Assembly (NCBI GenBank): GCA_963654505.1
Contig: CAVKBJ010000001.1
Coordinates: forward strand, 1-49,641
Length of the DNA stretch: 49,641 nt
Direction of reading: 5' to 3'
From: Lachnospiraceae bacterium
GTDB taxonomy: Bacteria; Bacillota; Clostridia; Oscillospirales; Oscillospiraceae
Positions 1 through 8,546 of this stretch are shown piece by piece. Within the stretch, counting starts at the first letter, position 1. Every line of letters begins with the position of its first letter. The position numbers were made by a program, and so were the translations under genes. The notes beneath the pieces are model-generated. The model was not told the DNA's origin. It saw only the letters and a list, made by a program, of their open reading frames with translations, and did not search any database.

Positions 1-288
1 ATAGCCGGCCGTCGTCGCCGCGCTCACCTTCACCGCCTTGACAACCGCCGCGCCGTTGCGATAGAGCGCCGCGAGCAGCGCCGCCATGCCGGCCACACCC
101 TCCGCGTCCTCGCCGAAGGCGCTCACGCCCTCGGCGTAGGAGGTCAGCGTCACCACCTCGTTCGCCGTGCCCGTCGTACTCACCGCCGCCGCGCCGATGA
201 TCTTCGCGGTCTTTTTCCCGCTGATCACGCTCGAGGCGTCGTAGGACGAATACACGCCCGGATGCTCATGTACCACCGTATTGCCCAT
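1..288 (-). CDS. Phage tail sheath protein, N-terminal part (runs off window)
   Basis: Not in the ORF track. ATG at 288 directly follows the upstream TAA and reads MGNTVVHEHPGVYSSYDASS...; the PGVY N-terminal motif is typical of contractile-tail sheaths; frame open to base 1. Confidence 0.75.
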   Translation of the reverse strand, partial: MGNTVVHEHPGVYSSYDASSVISGKKTAKIIGAAAVSTTGTANEVVTLTSYAEGVSAFGEDAEGVAGMAALLAALYRNGAAVVKAVKVSAATTAGY

Positions 289-789
289 TTACTGCATCAC
301 ACCTTTCAAAATAAAATCCGTCAGCACCGCGCTCTCCTCTTCCGCCGTCGCCACGAAGTAGGCCGTGCAGCGCGCGGTGCCCCGCCGCACGAACATTCCG
401 TATTTCTCGTCCCACTCCGTATTTTCCCAGCTCAGTTCGTCGAGCGTCAGCCCGTCGGCAAGTCTGCCCAGCAGCGCCTCGCTCACGGCCTCTGCCGTCT
501 GCTCGCAGCCGCGCGCTCCCTTGCGCCGCGGCGTGTAAACGTCCAGCGACGCCGCCATTTTGAGCCGCCTGCCATATACCTCGACCGTGCGCCCGCTCTC
601 CTCGTCGTACTGCTCGCCGAGATAGTCCAGCAGTCCCGTGTGCGTCAGCCCCGCCTGCTTCGCGCCGACGGCGACCACGCTCCCGCTCCTCTCGCGGAAG
701 CGCTCGTCCTCGTAGGCCTCCGCCGCGTCAAGACCCGCCGCCTTCAGCCGGCTCACGATCTCCGCTCTCACCTGTCCCGCCGCCGTCAT
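289..789 (-). CDS. Phage neck / tail-completion (tail terminator-like) protein
   Basis: 166 aa between the head-closure and sheath genes; ATGA overlap with the upstream gene; function inferred from position. Confidence 0.5.
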   Translation of the reverse strand: MTAAGQVRAEIVSRLKAAGLDAAEAYEDERFRERSGSVVAVGAKQAGLTHTGLLDYLGEQYDEESGRTVEVYGRRLKMAASLDVYTPRRKGARGCEQTAEAVSEALLGRLADGLTLDELSWENTEWDEKYGMFVRRGTARCTAYFVATAEEESAVLTDFILKGVMQ

Positions 790-1109
790 GCCGTTTCCTC
801 CTCACGGTCGAGCACCGCCCAGTAGTGCGTCACCAGCTCCCCGAGCCTTACGCCCTCCGCGCGGCGGACGCGATAGCGCTTTCCCCCGCAGAGGATGCGA
901 TCCCCCTGCGCCACGCTCGTCTCCGCGCTGCCGAGATAGCGCCAGCAGCGCTTGTCGCTCGCGCCCAGCGGCCCGACGGAGAACGGCTCGCCGCCGCTCA
1001 CCGCCGTAACGGGCTGCACAAAGCCGCAGGCCTCGGCCGTTTCCCCGTCATGCTCCACCGTCACGGTCATGCCGTAGCGGCGGAACGCCTGATCGATCAT
1101 GCTTTTCAT
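786..1109 (-). CDS. Putative head-closure / head-tail adaptor protein
   Basis: Start re-set to MKSMIDQAF (1109), overlapping the upstream stop (ATGA); 107 aa with a GDRI..GG.RY.V pattern like head-closure proteins. Confidence 0.5.
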   Translation of the reverse strand: MKSMIDQAFRRYGMTVTVEHDGETAEACGFVQPVTAVSGGEPFSVGPLGASDKRCWRYLGSAETSVAQGDRILCGGKRYRVRRAEGVRLGELVTHYWAVLDREEETA

Positions 1110-1474
1110 CCCTTCACCGCGCAAAAGAAGAAGCCGCCTCCCTCCGTATACGGCGCCATCAGCTGCCGTGCGCTGCGGCGCAGCGCCGCGGCGCGTTCGC
1201 TGTGCGCGCCGCCCTTGACGTCGATCGTCACGTCGCCCGCGCGGAGGGAGGAAAGCTCCTCCGTCCCGCCGAGCCTTGCCTCCGTCAGCGCCGCGGCCGC
1301 CAGCCACGCGCTCGCGCAGACGAACGCTCCCTCACAGTCCTCCGGCGTCACGCCTGTGCGCAGCTCTCGTTCGAGCGCCTGCGCGCTTGCCGCGCAGAGC
1401 CTTTTGAGCAGCGCCTCGTCCTCCGTGCCGCAGGCGCAGATGCTCTTCGCCGTTTCAAGGATCTCCTCGTCCAT
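1106..1474 (-). CDS. Putative head-tail connector (gp6/gp15-like)
   Basis: 122 aa directly after the capsid gene; helical N-terminus then SSLRAGDVTI; GGGAGG/GGAG RBS. Confidence 0.55.
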   Translation of the reverse strand: MDEEILETAKSICACGTEDEALLKRLCAASAQALERELRTGVTPEDCEGAFVCASAWLAAAALTEARLGGTEELSSLRAGDVTIDVKGGAHSERAAALRRSARQLMAPYTEGGGFFFCAVKG

Positions 1475-1505
1475 CGCTCTCCCTCCCTTCGCTCACGCGC
1501 CGCCG

Positions 1506-2540
1506 TTAAACGGTCAGCACTTTGGATGCCTCCTGATAGGGCTTGGCGAAGCCGGAAATGCTCGTGATCGCCGCGCGCTCGATCTGGCGGTCGATGAGCT
1601 TGTCGTACTCCACCATCACCTCGCTGCCGCAGATGTGCTCGAGGGCATAGTTCTTGTCCAAACCGATCAGCTTGCCCGCGGGAACGGCGGCGGTCCTCAG
1701 CAGCTTCGCGCCCAGCGGCGTCGAGAGCGTACCGGTGCCCTGAAAATTCAGCCCCGTCAGCGGGTTCTGGAACTCGCTGAGCTTGAGCATCTTGAGCATC
1801 ACGTCGTTGGAAACCAGCAGCGTGTTCATGCTGTAGGGGTCGAACTTGGACCAGAAGTCCAGCAGCGCGTTGTAGGTCAGCGTGCCCGCCGTACCGCTGA
1901 TCTTGTCGCTTCCGCTGCCGATCTCGTAGGCGTCGGCGGCGTTGTCGTTGCCGTCGCCGTTGATGAGCACCTGCACCGCGTCGTCAAGATGCATACGCGC
2001 GATGTACGAGCCGATCTGCCGCAGCGTCACGGAAAAGAGGTCCAGTCTCTGGAAGCGGATGGCCTCGTAGCTCGCCACGAGCATACGCCCGCGCTTGTGG
2101 AGCTTCACCAGATTTTCCTGCGTGCGGATGGTCGTTGTGGGGATGATCGCACCCTCCTCCACGCGCCTGAGCGCCTTGTCGTCGTCCGTCGGCACGGACG
2201 CGATGGTGCGGTAATCCAGACCGTCAAAATTGGTCGTGGTCGCGGTGATCTCGGGCAGGATATCGCTCTCCATGCCCTGACGCACCACGCGCGAAACGAA
2301 CTCTGGGAACAGCACCGCGCTGTCGCTCGTGTGGAAGAACTTCTCCACCATATCGCTGCCCGCGCCCTTGACGTGGATGTCGAAGCGCTTGAGCTGACGC
2401 TGGAAGGCGTCCATGCCCTCCAGTGCCGTGCCGCGGTAATTTTCGCTCGGGTCAAGGCTCTCCAGCACGCGGGAAAAGCTCTTGCCGCTTTGGGCGTACA
2501 TACCCTTTTCGAGCCTCAGATTTTCATAGCCGTAAGTCAT
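1506..2540 (-). CDS. Phage major capsid protein (HK97-like fold inferred)
   Basis: 344 aa; LFPEFV, VEEGAIIP, LHKRGRMLVASYEAI motifs; strong AGGAGG RBS; position in head operon. Confidence 0.85.
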   Translation of the reverse strand: MTYGYENLRLEKGMYAQSGKSFSRVLESLDPSENYRGTALEGMDAFQRQLKRFDIHVKGAGSDMVEKFFHTSDSAVLFPEFVSRVVRQGMESDILPEITATTTNFDGLDYRTIASVPTDDDKALRRVEEGAIIPTTTIRTQENLVKLHKRGRMLVASYEAIRFQRLDLFSVTLRQIGSYIARMHLDDAVQVLINGDGNDNAADAYEIGSGSDKISGTAGTLTYNALLDFWSKFDPYSMNTLLVSNDVMLKMLKLSEFQNPLTGLNFQGTGTLSTPLGAKLLRTAAVPAGKLIGLDKNYALEHICGSEVMVEYDKLIDRQIERAAITSISGFAKPYQEASKVLTV

Positions 2541-2553
2541 TTTTCTCCTCCTC

Positions 2554-2907
2554 TTAAAGCATGATGGTCACGGTCTTGCCGACCGCGTCGGCCTCGACCG
2601 CCAGATAGCTGCGCCCGCCGCTCGTCACGACGCTCACGCCGCCGTTTCCGTCCGCCGCCAGCGTGTTCCAGCCGACCGCCGGCGCGTTATCGCCGCTGTA
2701 CGTCACGGTCACAAGACCGCCGAGCTGCACGCTGCACGCCTTGCCGTCGCGGCCCATCGCGGCGACCACGCCGCAAAAGCCGTCGTTCGCGGCGCACTTG
2801 CTCACCGTGCCGTTGGCAGAGACCTTGACGACCTTGCCCTCCTCGGCCCCCGCGCCCGCCTCGAAGGTCGCGTGCCACGCGCCGATGCCCTCATAAGAAA
2901 CGCTCAT
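2554..2907 (-). CDS. Putative capsid decoration/cement protein
   Basis: Start re-set to MSVSYEGIG (2907) behind GGAGG; 117 aa Gly/Ala/Val-rich protein directly upstream of the capsid gene. Confidence 0.5.
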   Translation of the reverse strand: MSVSYEGIGAWHATFEAGAGAEEGKVVKVSANGTVSKCAANDGFCGVVAAMGRDGKACSVQLGGLVTVTYSGDNAPAVGWNTLAADGNGGVSVVTSGGRSYLAVEADAVGKTVTIML

Positions 2908-2971
2908 CTCATTTCCTCCTTTTCCTTTGTCCTGTATTCCAAAAAGCGTCCCGCTTTTTTGGTCACTTTGC

Positions 2972-3889
2972 TCATACGCAGAAGTCGCGCTCGTTCTCCT
3001 CGCGCTTTTCGCGCGGCTCCACGACCTGCACGCTCGTGCCGAGCTTCTTCGCCGCCCGCGCACCGAACGTCTTCTTCAGCTCCAGCAGCTCATGCTCGCC
3101 GAGCTTTTCCGTCACGCTTTCGGCCACCGCGCCGTCAAGCTCCTCGTCGGCCACCAGCATCAGCCTTCTCACCTCGCGACGCAGCGCGCCGAGATAGTTT
3201 TTCCCAAGCGCGGAGAGCTTTTCCAGCTCCTCCAGCTCGCGGGCCTGCGCGCGGCTGCCGCACGCGCGCACCATCGCCTTGAGCGAGCTCTCGCCCTGTC
3301 CGAAGCGCTTGACGACGCCCGCCTCCTTCTGCGCCGGCACCGCCACGAAGCTCCACTCGTAGGCGTCCGTGATGTCGCCCAGCGTCGCGTAGCACAGCCT
3401 TCCGCCGTAGTACCTCCCGCGCTCGTGCTCGCACACTCCCGCGTCCTTCCCGCAGATTGAGCAGGTGCGCTTCGCCGCGCTGCACCCGACGCTCACTTCC
3501 TTTTTGATGCCGCCCTCGATCTCCGCGATCAGCTCCGCGTTCTTCTCCGTGCGCAGCATATAGGCCCAGCCCTTGCACCAGCAGTACCGCTCGCCCGCCT
3601 GCGTGAGCGTCTCGCCCTCGACCACCTCAGTCCGATAGATGCGCGCCGTCTGCCCTCCCGCCGACCACGTGTGGTCGAAGATGCCCGTCCTCCCGACGAA
3701 CAGCTCCGCGAGCCTTTCCAGCGCCGTGCGGTCGAAGCGCTCGAAATCGCGGTCCACCTCGTTGTCGCACAGCTTCACCGCAAAGGTGTAGACCTCCTCC
3801 GCGCTCAGCTCCTTTTTCGCAAAGCGGTTGATCTGCGCCAGCTCCTCCGCCGTCACGGCGGCGCTCTGCTCCTTCCTTTCCTCGCTCAC
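2972..3889 (-). CDS. Prohead protease with C-terminal scaffold-like region
   Basis: IFDH, EVSVG and YEWSFVAVPA motifs of caudoviral prohead proteases; helical charged C-terminus; GTG overlaps the portal stop. Confidence 0.7.
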   Translation of the reverse strand: MSEERKEQSAAVTAEELAQINRFAKKELSAEEVYTFAVKLCDNEVDRDFERFDRTALERLAELFVGRTGIFDHTWSAGGQTARIYRTEVVEGETLTQAGERYCWCKGWAYMLRTEKNAELIAEIEGGIKKEVSVGCSAAKRTCSICGKDAGVCEHERGRYYGGRLCYATLGDITDAYEWSFVAVPAQKEAGVVKRFGQGESSLKAMVRACGSRAQARELEELEKLSALGKNYLGALRREVRRLMLVADEELDGAVAESVTEKLGEHELLELKKTFGARAAKKLGTSVQVVEPREKREENERDFCV

Positions 3890-5052
3890 TTCCGTTCCTC
3901 CATTTTGTCATTTTCCAGCCGCAGCTTCCGCGCCTGCTCGCGGTACAGCTCCGCCTTGTTTTCCTCCACAAGATCCTGCAAATTGATGTCGTCCCACTCC
4001 ACGTGGAAGCGGCAGCCATAGCCGTGCATCCGCAACCACAGCCGGCACACGCGGTCCATCATCGGCGTGAGCGAGCGCCGCAGCGCCGTGATCTCGCTCG
4101 TGAGCATATCCGCCTGCTGACTGCTCATGCGCTCGGTGGACGACCAGCTCAGCCCCAGCAGGAACGGCGGCAGGCCGGTCTTGGCCACCAGCTGCTCAAG
4201 CAGCTGGCGCATCGGCACCTCGGTATCGGGCATCACGTTGTCCGCCCCGATGGCACGGATGCTCACGTCGCCCACGCTCACAAAATCCCGCACGTCCCCG
4301 CCGCGCGCGTCCTGCATCGCGCCGGACCACTCCTGCGCCAGCAGCTCGGCCCGCTCGCGGGCCAGCGTGCTGTCCGGTTCCTCGCCCTGCGGCTTATAGA
4401 CCACCGCGAAGCGCACGTTGCCGCAGCGCTCCCAGTTCTGCCCCATAGCGTAGTGGATGCGCAGCAGCAGATCCACCATAAAGGGCATCGAGCGCAGCAG
4501 CGACACGCCGTAGGGCGCGTCCGGCTCCGGCAGCAGCGGCGTAAAGAGCATCAGCTCCTGCCTCGGCAGCTCGCGCAGCTTTCCCGCGCTGTCATAGCCG
4601 CAGAACCTCACGTCCAGCGGCGTCTCGCCCTCACGCAGCGCCACAGCCTCCACGCGGTGGCACATCACCGCCGCGATCTCGCGCCCCTCCGGGTCGGGCA
4701 CGATCTCCCCCACCGCGCGCCCGTAGGTCAGCATCGAATCCACGTACTTGTCCAAAAAGGCATCGAAGCCCACCTGCGCGTGCCCCACGTCCACCGTGCG
4801 CAGGAACTCGCCCAGCTCGTCCTGCGCGCGCTCGTCCTCACACAGCACGCGGAAGCCTCCGCTCAGCCGCACCAGCTTGTCGATCGCCGCGTCTATGATC
4901 GGCACCGCCTCGCGGACACTCTGATACAGCGCCGTGTCCGCCCCGCTCAGCGGCGTATAGCTGCGCAGCGCCGTAAAGGGATGCCCTCCCCTCTCGCGCA
5001 CCTGCACCGCCGCGGACGCGCCTCCCGTCTGCTGCTTTTTCCTTCGTATCAC
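3886..5052 (-). CDS. Phage portal protein
   Basis: Start re-set to GTG 5052 (AGGAG RBS); 388 aa with PYGVSLL and GLPPFLLG portal motifs; lies between TerL and the protease. Confidence 0.8.
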   Translation of the reverse strand: MIRRKKQQTGGASAAVQVRERGGHPFTALRSYTPLSGADTALYQSVREAVPIIDAAIDKLVRLSGGFRVLCEDERAQDELGEFLRTVDVGHAQVGFDAFLDKYVDSMLTYGRAVGEIVPDPEGREIAAVMCHRVEAVALREGETPLDVRFCGYDSAGKLRELPRQELMLFTPLLPEPDAPYGVSLLRSMPFMVDLLLRIHYAMGQNWERCGNVRFAVVYKPQGEEPDSTLARERAELLAQEWSGAMQDARGGDVRDFVSVGDVSIRAIGADNVMPDTEVPMRQLLEQLVAKTGLPPFLLGLSWSSTERMSSQQADMLTSEITALRRSLTPMMDRVCRLWLRMHGYGCRFHVEWDDINLQDLVEENKAELYREQARKLRLENDKMEERK

Positions 5053-5069
5053 CGTTTCGCCGCTCCTCT

Positions 5070-6326
5070 CTAATTCGTCATTCTTGTCACCGCGCGGATG
5101 GCCGGCGCCGCGCTCCGTCCCGCCGTCACGGACATCGCGAAGTACCGCATCTCGTCCATCGCGTGATCGTTCTCCTTGCGCGGCACGTCGTGCCCGCTCC
5201 CGTCGCTCGCCCAGCCGTAGGACTCCATCTCGCGCAGGCAGTCCGCGCAGCTCCCGCAAATCACGAGTCTTCGCTTCTTGAGCAGATCCGCCGTCACCCG
5301 CAGTCCGTCCGCCACGGCGTTGTTCGCCCGCGTCACGCGAAAGCCCCTGCGCCGCAGCGTCTCGATGAAGCTCGCCGCCGACGGGTCCACGATCACGCGC
5401 TCGATCCTTCTTCCCCTCGCCAGCTCCTCCAGCGCATCGACGTATTCCTCGTCCGTTTTCTGCCGTCCTGCCTTGCGGGAATCGTAATAATATTCGTCCA
5501 CACGGTACCACACGCCCTCCTTGAGCGCCCACAGCCCCATGCTCGTCGGGTTCACCGTCCCGTAGTCCACGGAGACGCGCAGGCGCTCCCACGGCTCCGG
5601 CGGCGCCTCCCCCACGTACTCCCCGTTGAAAAAGTCGTAGATGCGTCCCTCCGCCGCCGTCCACTCGCCCAGCACGAAGCGCCGGTAAAAGAGCCCGTCG
5701 TAGTTGTTCTCATACCGTGCGCGCACCCTCGCGCTCAACGACGGATTGTCCTCCATCCTGAAGTGGAGATAGAGCGCCCTTTTCTCCTCCGCCCCGCATA
5801 TCCACTCCCGGTAGAACCAGTGCCCCGGCCCCTCGGGATTGCAGCTGAACCACAGCCGGCTCCCCTCGACCGAGCAGCGCGCGGCCGCCTGCTCGATGAA
5901 AGAGCGCGGCATCAGCGCCGCCTCGTCGAACAGCGCCCCCGAGAGCGTCATGCCCTGAATGAGCGCGGCGCTCGACTCGTTTGCCCCGCCGAACAGATAA
6001 AACCGGTTCTCTCTTCCGCGCCGGCGCACGGTCAGCAGTCTCTCGCTCCGCTTTTCCTCGCAGACGAAGCCCAGCGCCCGCAGCCGCGGCAGCACGGTGT
6101 TCAAAAGATTGCGCCGCAGCGCGCCCACGCTCCGTCCGCACAGCGCGAACTGCTGACCGGAAAAGCAGACCGTCGCCCAGTAGAAGAACCCCAGCCCCAT
6201 CGCCAGCGTCTTGCCCGACCGGACGGCCCCGTCGCAGATGACCGCCTCGCGGTCCGCGTATTCTCTCCTCGCCCACCACAAAAAGGCTTTCCTCTGCATG
6301 AGCGAGAATGGCATCATCTCCCTCAC
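5070..6326 (-). CDS. Terminase large subunit (PBSX-family-like)
   Basis: Walker A DGAVRSGKT, Walker B LFDEAA, SCNP coupling motif, nuclease motifs VDYG and DHAMDEMRY. Confidence 0.92.
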   Translation of the reverse strand: MREMMPFSLMQRKAFLWWARREYADREAVICDGAVRSGKTLAMGLGFFYWATVCFSGQQFALCGRSVGALRRNLLNTVLPRLRALGFVCEEKRSERLLTVRRRGRENRFYLFGGANESSAALIQGMTLSGALFDEAALMPRSFIEQAAARCSVEGSRLWFSCNPEGPGHWFYREWICGAEEKRALYLHFRMEDNPSLSARVRARYENNYDGLFYRRFVLGEWTAAEGRIYDFFNGEYVGEAPPEPWERLRVSVDYGTVNPTSMGLWALKEGVWYRVDEYYYDSRKAGRQKTDEEYVDALEELARGRRIERVIVDPSAASFIETLRRRGFRVTRANNAVADGLRVTADLLKKRRLVICGSCADCLREMESYGWASDGSGHDVPRKENDHAMDEMRYFAMSVTAGRSAAPAIRAVTRMTN

Positions 6327-6616
6327 GTTTCCTCCTCCGCCTGCACCATCGCGCGGAAGAACTCCTCGGCCTCGCCGTCCTCTCCGCTGAGCATCTCCGC
6401 CAGCGCCTGCAATGCCTTCACGCGGTCGATGAACCGCACCTCCACGCTCCCGAGGTTGCTGCGCCGAAACTCCGACACCGCGCCGAGATCGAGCCGCCGG
6501 ATCTCCTCCATCGTCGGCTCCTGACAGTACGCCAGCTTTATCGCGTCGTTTGCGCGCCCCATCGCCATTTTGTACAGCCTCTGAATGACCCGCTCGCGGG
6601 TAGCCCTTGCCTGCAT
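6323..6616 (-). CDS. Short terminase small subunit-like protein
   Basis: 97 aa from ATG 6616 (start uncertain); ERVIQRLYKMAM...VEVRFIDRVKALQAL resembles the C-terminal half of TerS; GTGA overlap with TerL. Confidence 0.6.
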   Translation of the reverse strand: MQARATRERVIQRLYKMAMGRANDAIKLAYCQEPTMEEIRRLDLGAVSEFRRSNLGSVEVRFIDRVKALQALAEMLSGEDGEAEEFFRAMVQAEEET

Positions 6617-6898
6617 TCCTTCAATCGCACCCCTTCCCGCGTCCGTCCCCGTCCCTCCCGCATTTCCTTCTCCTCTGCGCGGGCTGCGCGTTTCCGGCCG
6701 CCGTTCGTTTTCACCCGTAGCCGCCCGCCCCCGTTTTGTTGCACGCCCCCGTGCGTTCCCCGCCCGATTTTTTTGAGATTTTTCCATTTTCCTTTCGTTT
6801 AACAAAATCTTTACAGTCAAAATACCCAGCATTTCCCGCCGCATTTTGTCACATTCGCAAAAATTTTTCCGTTTTATCATTCTAAAGCGTCAAAACGA

Positions 6899-6927
6899 TT
6901 GCTTTTTCCCCGCCCCTCCTGTATAAT
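6899..6927 (+). promoter_or_regulatory. SigA-type promoter of APC permease
   Basis: TTGCTT-17 bp-TATAAT. Confidence 0.7.
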
Positions 6928-7052
6928 TTTGGCTAACGTCCTGCCGTTCCCCGAATGTGCAGGGCGGTCGTTTATACGGCAGGGCCGATCCGCCCCGCCC
7001 ATTTTTATACGGAGGAGCGCCCGTGCTCCCCGCCGGTTAAGGAGTGACAGCA

Positions 7053-8474
7053 ATGGAAAACAAGCTCGAAAAGAAATACGGCCTTTTCACCGCGATCTGC
7101 ATGGTGGTCGGCATCGTCGTCGGCTCGGGCGTATTTTTTAAGGCGCAGGTCATCCTGCAAAAGACCGGCGGCGATATGCCGCTGGGCATTCTCGCGTGGC
7201 TCATCGGCGGTGCCATCATGATCGTCTGCATCCTCGCCTTCTCCGCTATGGCGCAGAAATACGAAAAGGTCAACGGCATCGTCGATTACGCTGAGGCCAT
7301 CGTCGGCAAAAAATACGGCTACTACATCGGCTGGTTCCTTTCCACCACCTACTACCCCACCCTCACCTCGGCCCTCGCGTGGCTCAGCGCCCGCTATACG
7401 CTGGTGTTCATCACCTCCGTCGATCCCGACTTCCCGCTCATCGTCCCCGCCGCCGAGGGTGGCTGTGTCATCGGACCGGAGTGCCTCGCGCTCATGCTCT
7501 TTTACATGGTCTGCGCCTACGCCGTCAACGCCCTCTCTCCCCGTCTCGCTGGCAAGCTCCAGGTCGCTACCACCGTCGTCAAGTTCGTTCCCCTCACCCT
7601 CATGGCGGTCGTCGGCATCATCTACGGCCTGATGAACGGGATGCTGACCAACAACTTCTCCAATCCCGCCGTCGGCTACGAGGTCGCGGGCAGCCCGCTC
7701 TTCGCCGCCGTCTGCGCCACCTCCTTCGCCTATGAGGGCTGGATCATCGCCACCTCCATCAACGCCGAGCTCAAGGACTCCAAGCGCAACCTCCCCCGCG
7801 CCCTGCTCATCGGCGGCCTCATCATCGTCGCCACCTACATCCTCTACTACGTCGGCGTCGCCGGCGGCGCCACCAATCAGGAGCTTTGCGATTCCGGCGC
7901 GACCGCCGCGTTCATCAACGTGTTCGGCAACGTCCTCGGCAATATTCTCAACCTCTTCATCGCCATCTCCTGCATGGGCACGATGAACGGCCTGATGCTC
8001 GGCTGCTGCCGCGGCCCCTACTCTCTCGCCGCCCGCGGCGAGGGTCCCCATCCCGAGCTGTTCGGTCAGGTGGACAAGGTCTCCAACCTCCCCAACAACT
8101 CCGCCATTCTCGGCCTGTTCTACTGCGCCGCGTGGGGGCTCTACTTCTACCTCTCCAACCTCGCCGGCACCTGGAGCCATGCCGTCGCCTTCGCCGGCAC
8201 CCCGTTCGAGAGCGTCATTTTCTTCTTCGACCCCACCGAGCTGCCCATCATCACCATCTACGCGCTCTACCTGCCCATCTTCATCAACTGGATGAAAAAG
8301 GCGACCGACGAGTCCATGCTGCGCCGCTACGTCATTCCCGCGCTCGCCATCTGCGGCTCGCTCTTCATGGTCGCCGCCTGCCTCATCGGCCACAGGATGG
8401 GCAACTTCTGGTATCTCCTCACCTTCGCGGTCATCATGCTCATCGGCAGGCACTTCGCCAAACACGACGCCTGA
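7053..8474 (+). CDS. APC family amino acid permease
   Basis: VGIVVGSGVF and FAYEGW motifs, many hydrophobic segments; AAGGAG RBS before ATG 7053. Confidence 0.88.
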   Translation: MENKLEKKYGLFTAICMVVGIVVGSGVFFKAQVILQKTGGDMPLGILAWLIGGAIMIVCILAFSAMAQKYEKVNGIVDYAEAIVGKKYGYYIGWFLSTTYYPTLTSALAWLSARYTLVFITSVDPDFPLIVPAAEGGCVIGPECLALMLFYMVCAYAVNALSPRLAGKLQVATTVVKFVPLTLMAVVGIIYGLMNGMLTNNFSNPAVGYEVAGSPLFAAVCATSFAYEGWIIATSINAELKDSKRNLPRALLIGGLIIVATYILYYVGVAGGATNQELCDSGATAAFINVFGNVLGNILNLFIAISCMGTMNGLMLGCCRGPYSLAARGEGPHPELFGQVDKVSNLPNNSAILGLFYCAAWGLYFYLSNLAGTWSHAVAFAGTPFESVIFFFDPTELPIITIYALYLPIFINWMKKATDESMLRRYVIPALAICGSLFMVAACLIGHRMGNFWYLLTFAVIMLIGRHFAKHDA

Positions 8475-8492
8475 CCGCCGCCCGGCACAGAC

Positions 8493-8534
8493 AAAAAGGA
8501 ACGGAAAAGCCGCCCGGCTTTTCCGTTCCTTTTT
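8493..8534. terminator. Bidirectional intrinsic terminator
   Basis: AAAAAGGAACGGAAAAGCC/GGCTTTTCCGTTCCTTTTT hairpin between convergent genes. Confidence 0.85.
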
Positions 8535-8546
8535 CGTTCTCCGTAT

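Larger units (their letters stand above)
1..6616 (-). mobile_element. Phage-derived morphogenesis operon (GTA-like or domesticated prophage), continues beyond the left edge
   Basis: Ten co-oriented, often translationally coupled structural genes; no int, repressor or replication genes at the visible right boundary. Confidence 0.7.

Noticed and set aside
825..2564. 579 aa plus-strand ORF and similar long antisense ORFs (8595-10295, 20211-22886, 36751-39789)
   Set aside because: Shadows of real genes on the opposite strand, expected in high-GC DNA; no motifs or RBS
2941..2960. AAAAAGCG/CGCTTTTT hairpin inside the particle operon
   Set aside because: Only three GC pairs; too weak to call a terminator
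5053..5664. N-terminal extensions in the ORF track (portal; also ftsZ, recG, recA, mraZ)
   Set aside because: Overlap upstream genes or promoters; better starts with an RBS lie downstream
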